Source: Arenicellales bacterium | GTDB lineage: Bacteria; Pseudomonadota; Gammaproteobacteria; Arenicellales; JAJDZL01 | Direction of reading: 5' to 3' | Length of the DNA stretch: 64,000 nucleotides | NCBI GenBank assembly: GCA_965200425.1 | Contig: CBDAUA010000007.1 | Span: 102,749-166,748, forward strand | Shown: positions 36,728 through 47,264 of the stretch, in pieces | Numbering within the stretch: position 1 is the first letter of the stretch | Layout: each line of letters starts with the position of its first letter | Made by a program: the position numbers and the translations under genes | The notes under the pieces: generated by a model | What the model saw: only the letters and a program-made list of their open reading frames with translations | The model's database searches: none | What the model was told of the DNA's origin: nothing

Positions 36728-37819
36728 GTGAAAAATTCTCTTCGAAAAAAACTAGACTTGTTGGTAGTACGTCGAGACGAGATCAATCAAAAACTGTCGG
36801 TTGCCGATGTCGTTCAAAATCGGGATCAGTTTCGGGATCTTTCGATCGAATTGTCCGAAATTTCATCAGTTGTTGAAAGATACACGCAATTTCTTGAATT
36901 CGAAAGTGAAATTCAAGAGTTGGAAACTCTGTTGAATGAGTCCGATTCGGAAATGCAGTCGATGATCCATGACGAAGTTACCGACCTATCTCAGGCTATG
37001 GCATTAGCAGAACAAGCCATTCAGCGACTTCTGTTGCCCAAAGATCCGAATGACAAACGAAATATCTACTTGGAAATCCGCGCGGGCACCGGTGGCGACG
37101 AGGCTGCAATTTTTGCTGGTGACTTGTGTCGAATGTACAAGCTCTATGTGCAAAACCGAGGTTGGAAGTTTGAATCAATCACTGAAAGTGAAGGAGAACA
37201 CGGCGGTTACAAAGAAGCCGTACTGCGAGTCATTGGAAAAGGTGCTTACTCTCGCTTGAAGTTTGAGTCTGGAACTCATCGTGTACAACGAGTACCAAAA
37301 ACTGAAGCGCAAGGTCGAATTCATACCTCTGCATGTACCGTTGCAATTCTGCCCGAGGCGGAAACAATAGACGAAGTTCCCATCAATTCTCAAGATTTGC
37401 GTATAGATACGTTTCGAGCCTCAGGCGCAGGGGGCCAACATGTCAATCGAACCGACTCGGCCATTCGAATAACACATTTGCCTAGCGGGATCGTCGTCGA
37501 GTGCCAAGACGAACGTTCACAGCACCAAAATCGAGCTCGTGCTATGGCCATATTGCGTGCAAGCTTATTGCAAGCAGAAATTCAGAAACAGCAAGAAGAA
37601 CGATCGGAAGCACGTCGGTTAATGGTAGGATCCGGCGATCGTTCCGAGCGGATTCGAACCTACAATTTTCCCCAAGGACGTGTGACTGATCACCGTATCA
37701 ACTTAACCTTATATCGACTCGAGGACTTTATCTCCGGCTCCTTGGATCAAATCATCGACCCACTCACAGCCGAATTTCAAGCAAGTCTGATGCTCGATGC
37801 CGATGGCTTTGAACGGTGA
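36728..37819 (+). CDS. prfA: Peptide chain release factor 1
   Basis: SGAGGQHVN GGQ motif and RF1-type sequence throughout. GTG start. Confidence 0.95.
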   Translation: MKNSLRKKLDLLVVRRDEINQKLSVADVVQNRDQFRDLSIELSEISSVVERYTQFLEFESEIQELETLLNESDSEMQSMIHDEVTDLSQAMALAEQAIQRLLLPKDPNDKRNIYLEIRAGTGGDEAAIFAGDLCRMYKLYVQNRGWKFESITESEGEHGGYKEAVLRVIGKGAYSRLKFESGTHRVQRVPKTEAQGRIHTSACTVAILPEAETIDEVPINSQDLRIDTFRASGAGGQHVNRTDSAIRITHLPSGIVVECQDERSQHQNRARAMAILRASLLQAEIQKQQEERSEARRLMVGSGDRSERIRTYNFPQGRVTDHRINLTLYRLEDFISGSLDQIIDPLTAEFQASLMLDADGFER

Positions 37820-38667
37820 GTTTTCTGCCAATTACAGTAGGTGAAGCGAGAGGGGCGGCTCGCAAATTGCTTCATCGCCTATCGACAATTGCCCAACTCG
37901 AGGCTGATATTCTTCTGGCGCAAATTTTAGCAGTCGAGCGACCTTTCCTAGATTTACTAACTGAATCTCCCTTAAGTTTGGATCAGCAAACTAAATTCAA
38001 TCATTTGTTGTCCCGACGAATTTCTGAAGAACCGCTCGCATACATTACCCGAAAGAAAGAATTTTGGTCGCTTGAATTTGAAATTGACGAATCCACGTTG
38101 GTACCTAGACCCGAGACCGAGCTCGTAGTCGAAAGAGCCTTACATCAATGTCGAGGCATCGAACGTCCCGTGATCGCCGATTTAGGTACAGGTTGCGGAA
38201 CAATTGCCTTAGCACTTGCATCGGAAATGAAAGAAGCGAAAATATATGCCACCGATCTATCTGCTGCAGCACTTTTGATGGCCGAGAAAAACCGTCAAAG
38301 CTTTGATTTTGAAAACGTCCATTTCTATGAGGGCGATTGGACATCTCCTTTACCAGATCAAAAATTTGATGTAATCGTCTCAAATCCACCTTACATAGCG
38401 ATAGATGATCCATGCTTGCAAGAAAAAGTGATGAGTTATGAGCCAAAATTGGCCCTTGTCGGTGGCGAGAATGGATTGACAGCAATTCGAACCGTCATTG
38501 GCGAGGCTCGACAGTACTTGAAGTCTAAAGCTTGGTTGATTCTAGAACATGGTTTCGATCAGTCTGAACCTGTTCATGCCCTATTGAAAGAGTTTGGATT
38601 CAACCAAATAAAGACTTTCAGAGACTTGGCAGGCTTGGACCGAGTGACAGAATCGCGTGTAAATTGA
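37816..38667 (+). CDS. prmC: Release factor glutamine N5-methyltransferase
   Basis: DLGTGCGTIALALA SAM motif and NPPY catalytic motif. 4-nt overlap with prfA. Confidence 0.9.
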   Translation: MSFLPITVGEARGAARKLLHRLSTIAQLEADILLAQILAVERPFLDLLTESPLSLDQQTKFNHLLSRRISEEPLAYITRKKEFWSLEFEIDESTLVPRPETELVVERALHQCRGIERPVIADLGTGCGTIALALASEMKEAKIYATDLSAAALLMAEKNRQSFDFENVHFYEGDWTSPLPDQKFDVIVSNPPYIAIDDPCLQEKVMSYEPKLALVGGENGLTAIRTVIGEARQYLKSKAWLILEHGFDQSEPVHALLKEFGFNQIKTFRDLAGLDRVTESRVN

Positions 38668-38689
38668 CTCGAATTGCTACGCAAAGATA

Positions 38690-39463
38690 CTAATTCGACA
38701 ACGAAAATTCAGCCAACACTGGTGCATGATCAGATGGACGTTGCCATTTTCTCGGCTCGACATCGATGACACAGCGGCTACACACACGTCGCAAGGGCTC
38801 GCTCACCAAAATGTGATCAATACGTAGCCCGCGATTACGCCGAAAACTGGCCATTCGATAATCCCACCAGGAAAAACAATCATTAGGTTGTTCAAACTGA
38901 CGAAAACTGTCAAACAAACCAAGCTGAATCAAACTCTGGAAATCATCTCGCTCCGGCTTGCTGCACAAAATTTTGTCTCGCCACTCATCCGGATCATGTA
39001 CGTCTTCATCCGCCGGTGCAATATTGAAATCTCCCGTTACAACCAACTTGTCGTAACGCGTAAACTCTTGTTTGACGAAACGAAGCAGGTGTTGAAACCA
39101 CTCCAATTTGTAGGCGTACTTTTCTGAACCAACGGCGGATCCGTTCGGAACGTAGACATTGATGACACGAATGCCGCTCGTAGTAATCGATACCACTCTT
39201 CGTTGTGGATCGTCATAACCGGGCAATCCGAAAACGACATCCTCAACTTCTCCACGCGCGAGTATTGCAACACCATTGTATGTTTTTTGGCCAATAAAAC
39301 TGCAATTGAACCCAGCTTCAATTAGCTTATTTTCTGGAAAATTCTCATCAATCGTCTTGGTTTCTTGTAGACAAACTACAGTAACGTTGTGTTCGGAGCT
39401 CCAGTCCAGGACATGCTGCAATCGCACTCGCAATGAATTGACGTTCCATGTCGCAATTTTCAC
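38690..39463 (-). CDS. xthA: Exodeoxyribonuclease III
   Basis: MKIATWNVNSLRVR, CLQETK and C-terminal SDHAPV motifs of the EEP nuclease family. Confidence 0.92.
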   Translation of the reverse strand: MKIATWNVNSLRVRLQHVLDWSSEHNVTVVCLQETKTIDENFPENKLIEAGFNCSFIGQKTYNGVAILARGEVEDVVFGLPGYDDPQRRVVSITTSGIRVINVYVPNGSAVGSEKYAYKLEWFQHLLRFVKQEFTRYDKLVVTGDFNIAPADEDVHDPDEWRDKILCSKPERDDFQSLIQLGLFDSFRQFEQPNDCFSWWDYRMASFRRNRGLRIDHILVSEPLRRVCSRCVIDVEPRKWQRPSDHAPVLAEFSLSN

Positions 39464-39610
39464 CTTAAAGATCTCCAGGTTGGTGTTCTTTCATTTCGTG
39501 TCAAACAATAACTTTTCATTTATCCATCGTTATAATAAAATTTTGTATTGATCTTGCTGATTTCAGCTAAGGTTTTTCAGCTAATTTCTTCACTGCAAAC
39601 TCAATTTGTG

Positions 39611-39687
39611 TGGCTATGTAGCTCAGATGGTCAGAGCGCGGCACTCATAATGCTGAGGTCGGTGGTTCAAGTCCACCCATAGCCACC
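39611..39687 (+). tRNA. tRNA with CAT anticodon, most likely elongator tRNA-Met (lysidine-modified tRNA-Ile2 not excluded)
   Basis: GGCTATGTAGCTCAGATGGTCAGAGCGCGGCACTCATAATGCTGAGGTCGGTGGTTCAAGTCCACCCATAGCCACCA folds as a cloverleaf. The acceptor stem GGCTATG/CATAGCC is close to E. coli elongator tRNA-Met, and CCA is encoded. Confidence 0.88.
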
Positions 39688-39709
39688 AATTCCTAGCTTT
39701 GAGTTTAGT

Positions 39710-40954
39710 TCAATTTGAACTGCCTCTCATTTGTTTCGCGTATTGTTTATATTCATCTCGCTCGATCAAAACAGCTACAAGCAAGCCCACAACCAAGCCC
39801 CAAAAAGGGGAACCAACATCCCATATGGTTATTTCAGAAACTGTGATCAATAACGTGACGAGAGAACTCATTTGAAATTTTCCACTAAATGCCGACACGA
39901 ATGATTTTTGCAAAACGGGTAGCAATGCTAGCCCTGCTAAAACAGCAACAAAGGCGGTAGGCAACTTCAATATTACCCAGGTAACAGCAAACGCGAAGAC
40001 ACCGAAGATCACACTAAACACACCAAAAATTACGCCTGCCGTGTATTGTCGGTCAACTTCACCACTGCTTGCGAGAATAGCATTTGCCGGCCCCGTTACG
40101 CAAGCAGATACACAGCCAAATACAGCATTCACAAGAGATCCGAGCCCACAAGTCGCGGTCATAAAATTGACTGGTGGACTGTGACCTGCGTTCATTAGAA
40201 CTGCAAATCCCTGTCCATTTTGAGCGACCAATACCGTAATCGCGAGCGGAATAACCAATTCGAAGATCGATTGTTGCGTAAATTCTGGGAAATGCAACAC
40301 TGGCCAATTGAACCAATCGACTACCTCGTTGCCCACTTGGAAACTCCCTGTCATGAGTACGACGACGACACCTACAATCAGTGTCATGACGACAGGAGGC
40401 ACATAAGTACTAATTCTCGGAATCGCCAAAACCGCGAAATAGGCGATTGTCATAGCTGCTGCCAAGAGTACATCTTGCTCAAAAGCCAGTACGATATCGA
40501 GACCGAATTGGAGAAAAATTCCTGCCACCATCGCTAACACGATGGGTATCGGCGTATATCTCAAGGCTTTTCGGACACCGCCAGATAAACCGATGACTCC
40601 AATTAAAATTCCTGTGACCCAGTAAGCTCCGATGACCTCCGCAAAGCTTAAGTGATCTAAAGCTGACCCGAGAAGAACACTGCCCGGAATCGTCCATGCA
40701 AAACTTAAAGGTTGCCGATAAGCAATCGAAAACCAAAGAGTTGAAAGCCCACCTACTATACAGCCGGCTAGAATCCAAGAGCCAATTTCGAGTTGACTCA
40801 ATCCACCCTGTACGCCAATCGAAATAATGATCGCAACGGGGCCAGTAAAAGAAAATAGCACCGCGACAATTGCATTGGCTATATAAATACCGCCTATATC
40901 TTTGTATAGGTCTTTTAAACCCGCAAGGGGCCTAGGTATTGGCTCCAAAATCAT
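39710..40954 (-). CDS. BenE family benzoate/H+ symporter-like transporter
   Basis: 414-aa polytopic membrane protein with a BenE-family N-terminal pattern (ANAIVAVLFSFTGPVAII). Confidence 0.75.
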   Translation of the reverse strand: MILEPIPRPLAGLKDLYKDIGGIYIANAIVAVLFSFTGPVAIIISIGVQGGLSQLEIGSWILAGCIVGGLSTLWFSIAYRQPLSFAWTIPGSVLLGSALDHLSFAEVIGAYWVTGILIGVIGLSGGVRKALRYTPIPIVLAMVAGIFLQFGLDIVLAFEQDVLLAAAMTIAYFAVLAIPRISTYVPPVVMTLIVGVVVVLMTGSFQVGNEVVDWFNWPVLHFPEFTQQSIFELVIPLAITVLVAQNGQGFAVLMNAGHSPPVNFMTATCGLGSLVNAVFGCVSACVTGPANAILASSGEVDRQYTAGVIFGVFSVIFGVFAFAVTWVILKLPTAFVAVLAGLALLPVLQKSFVSAFSGKFQMSSLVTLLITVSEITIWDVGSPFWGLVVGLLVAVLIERDEYKQYAKQMRGSSN

Positions 40955-41041
40955 GGTGATGTTTACCGGAATTCAAAAATTGCAACATTATTCTATCTAC
41001 ATTGAGTTAGATTATCTTCGCTACGAGGGATATAAATCATC

Positions 41042-42220
41042 GTGAGATTTTCTAATCTGACTAACCGCGTCGGTGGAAAAGGTGCAGATGCTTGGGAAAT
41101 TCACTACGCTGCCCTTAAGCGCAATCGAAGCGGTCAAAAAATTACCATCCTATCGATCGGACAGGAGATGTTGAAAACTACACCGCAGCCGATCATCGAT
41201 TCGGCCTACGACAGCCTGAATCGAGGGCGGCATCATTACAGCGAGATTAGTGGTGAACCAGAGTTAAGAAGTGCGTTGGCAAAGTTTGCTTCTGAAAACA
41301 TGGGGATTTCAATTTCCGCGACAAATTGTGCAGTTTTTTCAGGTGCTCAAAACGCATTATTTGCGGCTTCACTTTGTACTCTCGAAAAAGGTGATGAAGC
41401 CATCATTATTGAACCCTACTATGCGACCTATCCCGCTACTTTTTCAGCTGGAGGTGCGGATGTGATATCCGTTCCCACACGTGCTGAAGATGACTTTATG
41501 GTACAAGCGAATGATGTATTTGATCGGGTAACTGAGAAAACACGCGCCATTGTCATAAATTCACCTCAGAATCCGGCAGGTGTCATCTACAGCGACAACA
41601 ATATTGAAGCCATCGTTAGGCTGTGTAAGGAAAAAAATATTTGGTTGATAAGCGACGAAGTATATTCATCACTTGCTACACCGGGCAACTTCCGGAGTCC
41701 GGCTGCCATCCCAGGTGCATTCGAACACTGCATAACAGTCTCTAGTATTTCTAAGTCGCATCGTATGACGGGTTGGCGAGTTGGCTGGATCATTGCCAAT
41801 GAGTCTCTGATTGAACATTTGTTCAATCTTTCGATGTGTATGAGCTATGGCCTTCCTATGTTCATTCAAGACGCAGCAGTTACCGCCATCGAAGAGACGA
41901 ATGAAATTACACCGTATATACGTGATGAGATCGATCGAAAGAGAACTGCTGTCGTTGCAATGCTTGGTAATATCTCTGGGATCAAGGTGCGAGGTGCAAA
42001 AGTCGGAATGTTCGTCACCTTCGACGTTCGACGGCTAAATGTGAGTGCGTCAGAATTTGCTTGGAAACTACTAGATGATCATCGTATTGCTGTGTTGCCA
42101 TGCAAAGCGTTTGGGCAAAGTGGTACTGGAATCCTTCGGATGAACATCGGTGAATCGGATTCGAATCTCAAACAAGCGTGTGAGAGCATAAAGGAGCTAG
42201 CGGCCAAATTTACAACTTAG
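41042..42220 (+). CDS. Class I/II PLP-dependent aminotransferase (AruH/aspartate aminotransferase-like)
   Basis: 392 aa with NSPQNPAG and a SSISKSHRMTGWRVGW PLP-lysine motif. GTG start. Confidence 0.85.
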   Translation: MRFSNLTNRVGGKGADAWEIHYAALKRNRSGQKITILSIGQEMLKTTPQPIIDSAYDSLNRGRHHYSEISGEPELRSALAKFASENMGISISATNCAVFSGAQNALFAASLCTLEKGDEAIIIEPYYATYPATFSAGGADVISVPTRAEDDFMVQANDVFDRVTEKTRAIVINSPQNPAGVIYSDNNIEAIVRLCKEKNIWLISDEVYSSLATPGNFRSPAAIPGAFEHCITVSSISKSHRMTGWRVGWIIANESLIEHLFNLSMCMSYGLPMFIQDAAVTAIEETNEITPYIRDEIDRKRTAVVAMLGNISGIKVRGAKVGMFVTFDVRRLNVSASEFAWKLLDDHRIAVLPCKAFGQSGTGILRMNIGESDSNLKQACESIKELAAKFTT

Positions 42221-42360
42221 AAGAAAAGTTAAAATTGCAACATAATTACAATCACTTCAATTACATTTTGTGAAACTTGATAAGCTATGATTCGTTCTTA
42301 TTTGTTTAATGTGCGGTTGGCAAATTTTACATTTGAATTTTGGATTTGAACCCTACGAAA

Positions 42361-43563
42361 ATGACGTTGAAAGCAGCACGATTTGGTGATGAGTTAGAAC
42401 TTTTTCGCGCGCAAGTTCTAGACTTTATTCGTTCTTCTTTGCCCGCAGACATACGCGCTATGGTGGCAGATGAACAAATGGACTTGCCACGTGAAGCTCA
42501 GCAACGTTGGCACCGAATTCTTCAAGCTCGAGGCGGCTGGTGTTGCCCCTCTTGGCCAACCGAGTATGGAGGTCCCGGCTGGAACAGTGCACAACAATAC
42601 ATTTTTGAACAGGAACTATCATTGAATGAAGCGCCTCGTCTCATGATTTATGGTGTCGGGATGCTAGGACCGACCCTGTTCGAGTATGGAAGTGACTGGC
42701 AAAAACAACGATTTTTAACCGAAATTTTGAATGGTGACACATTTTGGTGTCAGGGTTTTTCTGAACCCAATTCTGGCTCTGACTTGGCCTCACTAACATG
42801 CAAAGCCGAGTCGAAGGATGGTGAATATATTGTCAATGGTTCGAAAATTTGGACCAGTGAAGCTCACATTGCGGATTGGATCTTTGGTTTGTTCCGCAGC
42901 AGTTCTGAAGGCAGAAAACAATTGGGAATCACATTCTTAATGATGGATCTATCCACCCCTGGAATAAGCATCGAACCCCTAAAATTGTTTGAAGGCACGC
43001 ACGAAGTCAACCAGGTCTTTTTTGAGAATGTCCGTGTGCCAATGGAAAACCGAGTCGGTGAAGAAGGTCAAGGATGGACGATTGGTAAATATCTTCTTAG
43101 CCTGGAGAGGTTTGGAACCGCTGAAGTTTCCCGTACAAAGGCGAGCTTGGAACGACTGAGACAAATCGCCTTTGCTGAAATCCCTGGCGGCTCACGTCTA
43201 GTTGACGATGTCACTTTCGCAAATCGATTCTTTCAATTAGAAACTTCGTTACACGCCTTGGAGATGACCGAACGAAGGTTCCTACTTGGAGATGAAGGAG
43301 GGGAAGCACTCGGTGCAGAAGCTTCGATTCTGAAAGTCAGGGGTACAGAAATTCAAAGTGATGTATTTCGATTGACCGCTGAAGCTAGTGCTCACTTCGC
43401 TTCGATTGATTCGCCGCGTCTTGTGGGTAAACTACAAAACGCCTCGCCTTACGCCCTGAGCAGTGCAGCTAAGAATTACTTCAATTACAGGAAAACCCCG
43501 ATTTATTCCGGTTCCAACGAAATTCAACGCAACATCGTCGCAAAAGCAAAATTAGGGCTGTAA
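42361..43563 (+). CDS. Acyl-CoA dehydrogenase, putative catalytic (alpha-type) subunit
   Basis: WCQGFSEPNSGSDLAS FAD/substrate motif. LSLER with Glu at the IVD-type catalytic position (codon GAG at 43105-43107). The C-terminal IYSGSNEIQR lacks the MCAD-type Glu. Start placed at the ATG at 42361; the ORF-track TTG at 42340 is an alternative. Confidence 0.85.
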   Translation: MTLKAARFGDELELFRAQVLDFIRSSLPADIRAMVADEQMDLPREAQQRWHRILQARGGWCCPSWPTEYGGPGWNSAQQYIFEQELSLNEAPRLMIYGVGMLGPTLFEYGSDWQKQRFLTEILNGDTFWCQGFSEPNSGSDLASLTCKAESKDGEYIVNGSKIWTSEAHIADWIFGLFRSSSEGRKQLGITFLMMDLSTPGISIEPLKLFEGTHEVNQVFFENVRVPMENRVGEEGQGWTIGKYLLSLERFGTAEVSRTKASLERLRQIAFAEIPGGSRLVDDVTFANRFFQLETSLHALEMTERRFLLGDEGGEALGAEASILKVRGTEIQSDVFRLTAEASAHFASIDSPRLVGKLQNASPYALSSAAKNYFNYRKTPIYSGSNEIQRNIVAKAKLGL

Positions 43564-43566
43564 GAG

Positions 43567-44724
43567 ATGTTGGACACCGAACTTCGAGAACAGTTAATCC
43601 TCGTCGAAGATGTTGCAAGAAAATATTTTGAGCAGAACTATTCGTTCGAAAACCGCCAAAACATCGTGGTAGAAGACCCTGGATACTCATTAGAACAGTG
43701 GCAAACCATGGTCGATCTTGGTTGGATGAAGCTGCCGATCGATACTGAGTATGGCGGGCTCGGATGCAGCATTGATTTTGTTTCCACTTTAATGAAAGAG
43801 TTCGGTAAATCACTTTTCGTAAGTCCGTATATGATCAGTGTCGGAATTGCATCAAGAATTCTCGAATGGGATGCATCAGAAGCTATCAAATCAAAGCTTC
43901 TTCGAGGGCTCGGAGATGGTACTGAAATTGTTTCATGTGCTTTTTATGAAGCCCAATCTAGATACAATCTCGAAAAGCTGTCAACGACAGCGAAGCAGAA
44001 AAATGGCTTGTATGTGTTGAATGGCGCCAAGATCGCTGTCGATTTTGGAGTCGCTGCAACTCAACTTCTTGTGTTAGCGAATACACCTGGTACTTTGAAC
44101 GACGAAAACGGGTTATCTCTATTTTTGGTTCCAGTGAATCGTGATGGAGTTGAATTGAAACACTACTGCACCCACGATGGAGGCCGTGTGTCGTCATTGA
44201 CTCTCAATAAAGTTCAGCTTTCTTCGGAAGAACTAATTGGTACACTTGGCAGCGGCTCCACTACAGTTCAAAAGGCCATAAACTACGGCAATGCTTTGGT
44301 TTGTGCGCAAATGACAGGTGTCCTTGAAACAGTTATGGAGCTAACACTCGCACACATCAAAACGAGGAAACAGTTTGGTAAAGCAATCAGCTCGTTTCAA
44401 GCAATCCAACATCGAGTGGTAGATATGTACATGCGGTGTGAGCTAGCGAAATCAATGAGCCTAGAAGCCATTCGTGCAATCGAAGAATTTGAATTGCCAC
44501 AACAAAATTCTATGGTGTCCGCAGCGAAATTCGAAATTGGTAGAGCAGCGGTATTGAATGCGGAAGAAGGTGTTCAGTTACATGGCGCAATGGGCATGAT
44601 GGACGAGATGCTGATTGGTCATTGCTTAAAACGTATATTTACCTTAAATTTAATGTTCGGAGATCCTGATTATCACTTAAATCGTTATCGCACATTAAAT
44701 CTAGATTCGCCCACACTTTCATAG
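43567..44724 (+). CDS. Acyl-CoA dehydrogenase family protein, putative non-catalytic (beta-type) subunit
   Basis: ACAD fold, but the TEPxxGSD motif is degenerate (AFYEAQSRYN). There is no Glu at either catalytic position (AINYGN and IFTLNLMFGD). It starts 3 nt after the upstream ACAD stop. Confidence 0.75.
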   Translation: MLDTELREQLILVEDVARKYFEQNYSFENRQNIVVEDPGYSLEQWQTMVDLGWMKLPIDTEYGGLGCSIDFVSTLMKEFGKSLFVSPYMISVGIASRILEWDASEAIKSKLLRGLGDGTEIVSCAFYEAQSRYNLEKLSTTAKQKNGLYVLNGAKIAVDFGVAATQLLVLANTPGTLNDENGLSLFLVPVNRDGVELKHYCTHDGGRVSSLTLNKVQLSSEELIGTLGSGSTTVQKAINYGNALVCAQMTGVLETVMELTLAHIKTRKQFGKAISSFQAIQHRVVDMYMRCELAKSMSLEAIRAIEEFELPQQNSMVSAAKFEIGRAAVLNAEEGVQLHGAMGMMDEMLIGHCLKRIFTLNLMFGDPDYHLNRYRTLNLDSPTLS

Positions 44725-44790
44725 CAGGTTTTATGAACAAAAGTCCTCTGGAATAACTGGGTTAGAACACTGGAACTCATTGATTATATT

Positions 44791-45702
44791 ATGAAATACG
44801 AAAATATTTTACAAACAATCGGCCAAACGCCAGTTGTACGTTTGAACAAATCAAGTGCGCCCTCCGATGTCGGGGTCTGGGTCAAACTAGAGTCATTCAA
44901 TCCAGCCGGATCGGTCAAAGATCGTCCAGCTCTGAATATGATTATCGATGCTGAGCAGCGCGGCACTCTCAAACCAGGTGACACGATTGTCGAGCCAACA
45001 TCGGGAAATACCGGAATCGGTTTGGCCATGGTGGCTGCGAGTAAAGGATATCGAGCTGTCTTCACTATGGCAGAAGATATGAGCGAGGAACGAAAACTCA
45101 TCCTCAAAGCATTCGGCGCCGAAATCGTTTTAACCCCTGCTAAAACCGGGACAGTTGGTGCGATCGAACGAGCTCGAGAACTTCAAAAATCTGAAGGTTA
45201 TTTTTTTGTCGGCCAACACTTCAATCCAGCAAATCCCGAATCACACCGCACCACTGCAGATGAAATTTGGCAAGACTTCGGCACTGATTTGGACATTTTG
45301 GTTTGCACAACAGGCACCGGAGGCACGATCTCGGGTTTACAGCAGCACCTTCAAGAACGTAACCCTAAATTGAAGATCATCGCGACAGAACCAGAGGCTT
45401 CACCGATACTTTCAAAAGGAATCGCCTGCAAACATAAAATTATGGGGACAGCCCCCGGATTTATCCCGGACGTACTAGATACAGATTCCTACGATGAAAT
45501 TATCCAGATTACCGCCGCAGAGGCGTACGATACAACTCGCTATTTGGCCGAAAAAGAAGGTATATTTGTCGGAATTTCCGCTGGCGCAGCAACATTTGGA
45601 ATGTTGAAAGCTGCACAGCGAGCAGAGTCAAAAGGAAAAACTATTCTTGCGATACTACCGGATACGGGTGAGCGATATTTGAGTACCGATGTTTGGCGGT
45701 GA
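44791..45702 (+). CDS. cysK: Cysteine synthase A (O-acetylserine sulfhydrylase)
   Basis: PLP motif NPAGSVKDR and TSGNTGIGLA, with a 303-aa length. Confidence 0.9.
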   Translation: MKYENILQTIGQTPVVRLNKSSAPSDVGVWVKLESFNPAGSVKDRPALNMIIDAEQRGTLKPGDTIVEPTSGNTGIGLAMVAASKGYRAVFTMAEDMSEERKLILKAFGAEIVLTPAKTGTVGAIERARELQKSEGYFFVGQHFNPANPESHRTTADEIWQDFGTDLDILVCTTGTGGTISGLQQHLQERNPKLKIIATEPEASPILSKGIACKHKIMGTAPGFIPDVLDTDSYDEIIQITAAEAYDTTRYLAEKEGIFVGISAGAATFGMLKAAQRAESKGKTILAILPDTGERYLSTDVWR

Positions 45703-45910
45703 TCTACTTCAAGGCTAAATTTAATGGCTCTACACATTTCGATAGATGTCCGTCGCAGTTGAAGAACATTGATTGAATTCTAAGCTTGAGAATTGGCACA
45801 ATATAATCTGTTTCTTTACAAGAATCGGAAATTCGTAAGAACAACTGACTTGCAAAATCGCACAAGAATTTGAAAGTTCCGACTAAGCTCGGTGCACACA
45901 TCGCAGATCA

Positions 45911-47254
45911 ATGACTAAAAAGTTGTACATCAAAACTTACGGATGCCAGATGAATGAATATGATTCATCTCGATTGGTGGAATCTTTGGCTGCATCTCAT
46001 GGTTACGAATCTTCCTCTATACCAGAAGACGCAAATTTGTTGTTGCTGAATACTTGTTCAGTTCGCGAAAAAGCTCAAGAGAAAGTTTTTTCTCAACTGG
46101 GTCGTTGGCGAAAATGGAAAGTAGACAACCCGGAGCTAATGATCGGTGTCGGCGGATGTGTGGCGAGTCAGGAAGGGGAATCAATCTTAACGCGAGCACC
46201 CTATGTTGATTTCATCTTTGGACCACAAACCTATCACCGAGTCAGTGATATGGTTCAGGAGACAATCAATGCTCGGCGCCCTAGTATCGATATCTCATTT
46301 CCGGAGATTGAGAAATTTGATTGCTTACCACCTCGTAGAGTCGATGGCCCGCGGGCGTTTGTTTCCATTATGGAAGGTTGTAGCAAGTACTGCAGTTTTT
46401 GCGTAGTCCCCTATACGCGAGGCGAAGAATATAGTCGCTCCTTTGATAGCGTTATCACAGAAATTTTCGATTTGGTTAGGCAGGGTGTACGGGAGATCAC
46501 ACTGCTAGGGCAAAACGTCAATGCTTATCGTACTGTAGACTACATGGGAAGAGTGGTTGATTTTGCGACACTGCTCAATTATGTCAAAGAGATAGACGGA
46601 CTCGGGCGTATTCGCTACACCACATCGCACCCACTTGAATTTACTGACGAATTGGCGATTGCACACCAAAAAATGCCAAGCCTAGTAAGACACGTACATC
46701 TGCCTGTGCAAAGTGGTTCGAATAAAATATTGGCTGCTATGAAGCGTCGTTACACACGTGAAGACTATCTTGAGATCATCGCCAATCTTCGCTGCCGCTG
46801 CCCTGGCATTTCAATCTCGTCCGACTTTATTGTTGGCTTTCCGGGAGAAACAGAAACTGATTTTCAAGACACTTTGGATTTGATTGATGAAGTTGGATTC
46901 GATCATTCATTTAGCTTTCTCTACAGTCGTAGACCGGGCACTCCCGCAGCTGAACTAATTGACGAAACGCCCCTGATTGAAAAAAAACGTCGATTGAGCG
47001 AATTACAGAACCTGGTCAATGCTAGCGCAACAAAAATTAGTGAATCGATGATCAATAGCGTTCAAAACGTGTTGGTTGAAGGTGAATCCAGACGCCGATC
47101 CGATGAAATTTCAGGAAGAACTGAAAATAATCGGGTTGTCAATTTCAAAGGAAGTAAAAAATACATTGGGCAGTTCGTCGATGTTCAAATTACAATGACT
47201 ATGCCAAATTCGTTACGAGGAATTATCGTGAACTCGGACTCGCAGAGTTTCTAA
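45911..47254 (+). CDS. miaB: tRNA-2-methylthio-N6-dimethylallyladenosine synthase
   Basis: [13 protein letters not shown]-terminal cluster, radical [18 protein letters not shown] and a TRAM domain. Confidence 0.95.
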   Translation: MTKKLYIKTYGCQMNEYDSSRLVESLAASHGYESSSIPEDANLLLLNTCSVREKAQEKVFSQLGRWRKWKVDNPELMIGVGGCVASQEGESILTRAPYVDFIFGPQTYHRVSDMVQETINARRPSIDISFPEIEKFDCLPPRRVDGPRAFVSIMEGCSKYCSFCVVPYTRGEEYSRSFDSVITEIFDLVRQGVREITLLGQNVNAYRTVDYMGRVVDFATLLNYVKEIDGLGRIRYTTSHPLEFTDELAIAHQKMPSLVRHVHLPVQSGSNKILAAMKRRYTREDYLEIIANLRCRCPGISISSDFIVGFPGETETDFQDTLDLIDEVGFDHSFSFLYSRRPGTPAAELIDETPLIEKKRRLSELQNLVNASATKISESMINSVQNVLVEGESRRRSDEISGRTENNRVVNFKGSKKYIGQFVDVQITMTMPNSLRGIIVNSDSQSF

Positions 47255-47264
47255 TTTAACTGAA

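Noticed and set aside
39561-39584. Direct repeat TTTCAGCTAA twice, 4 nt apart, upstream of the tRNA gene
   Set aside because: It is short, lies in AT-rich promoter DNA and has no further copies in the window. It may contribute to the tRNA promoter or an UP element, but nothing here supports a specific call.
39611-39709. tRNA-Met(CAT) as a possible integration hotspot for a genomic island
   Set aside because: There is no integrase, no repeat of the tRNA 3' end and no foreign-looking genes on either side (xthA upstream, a BenE-type transporter downstream).
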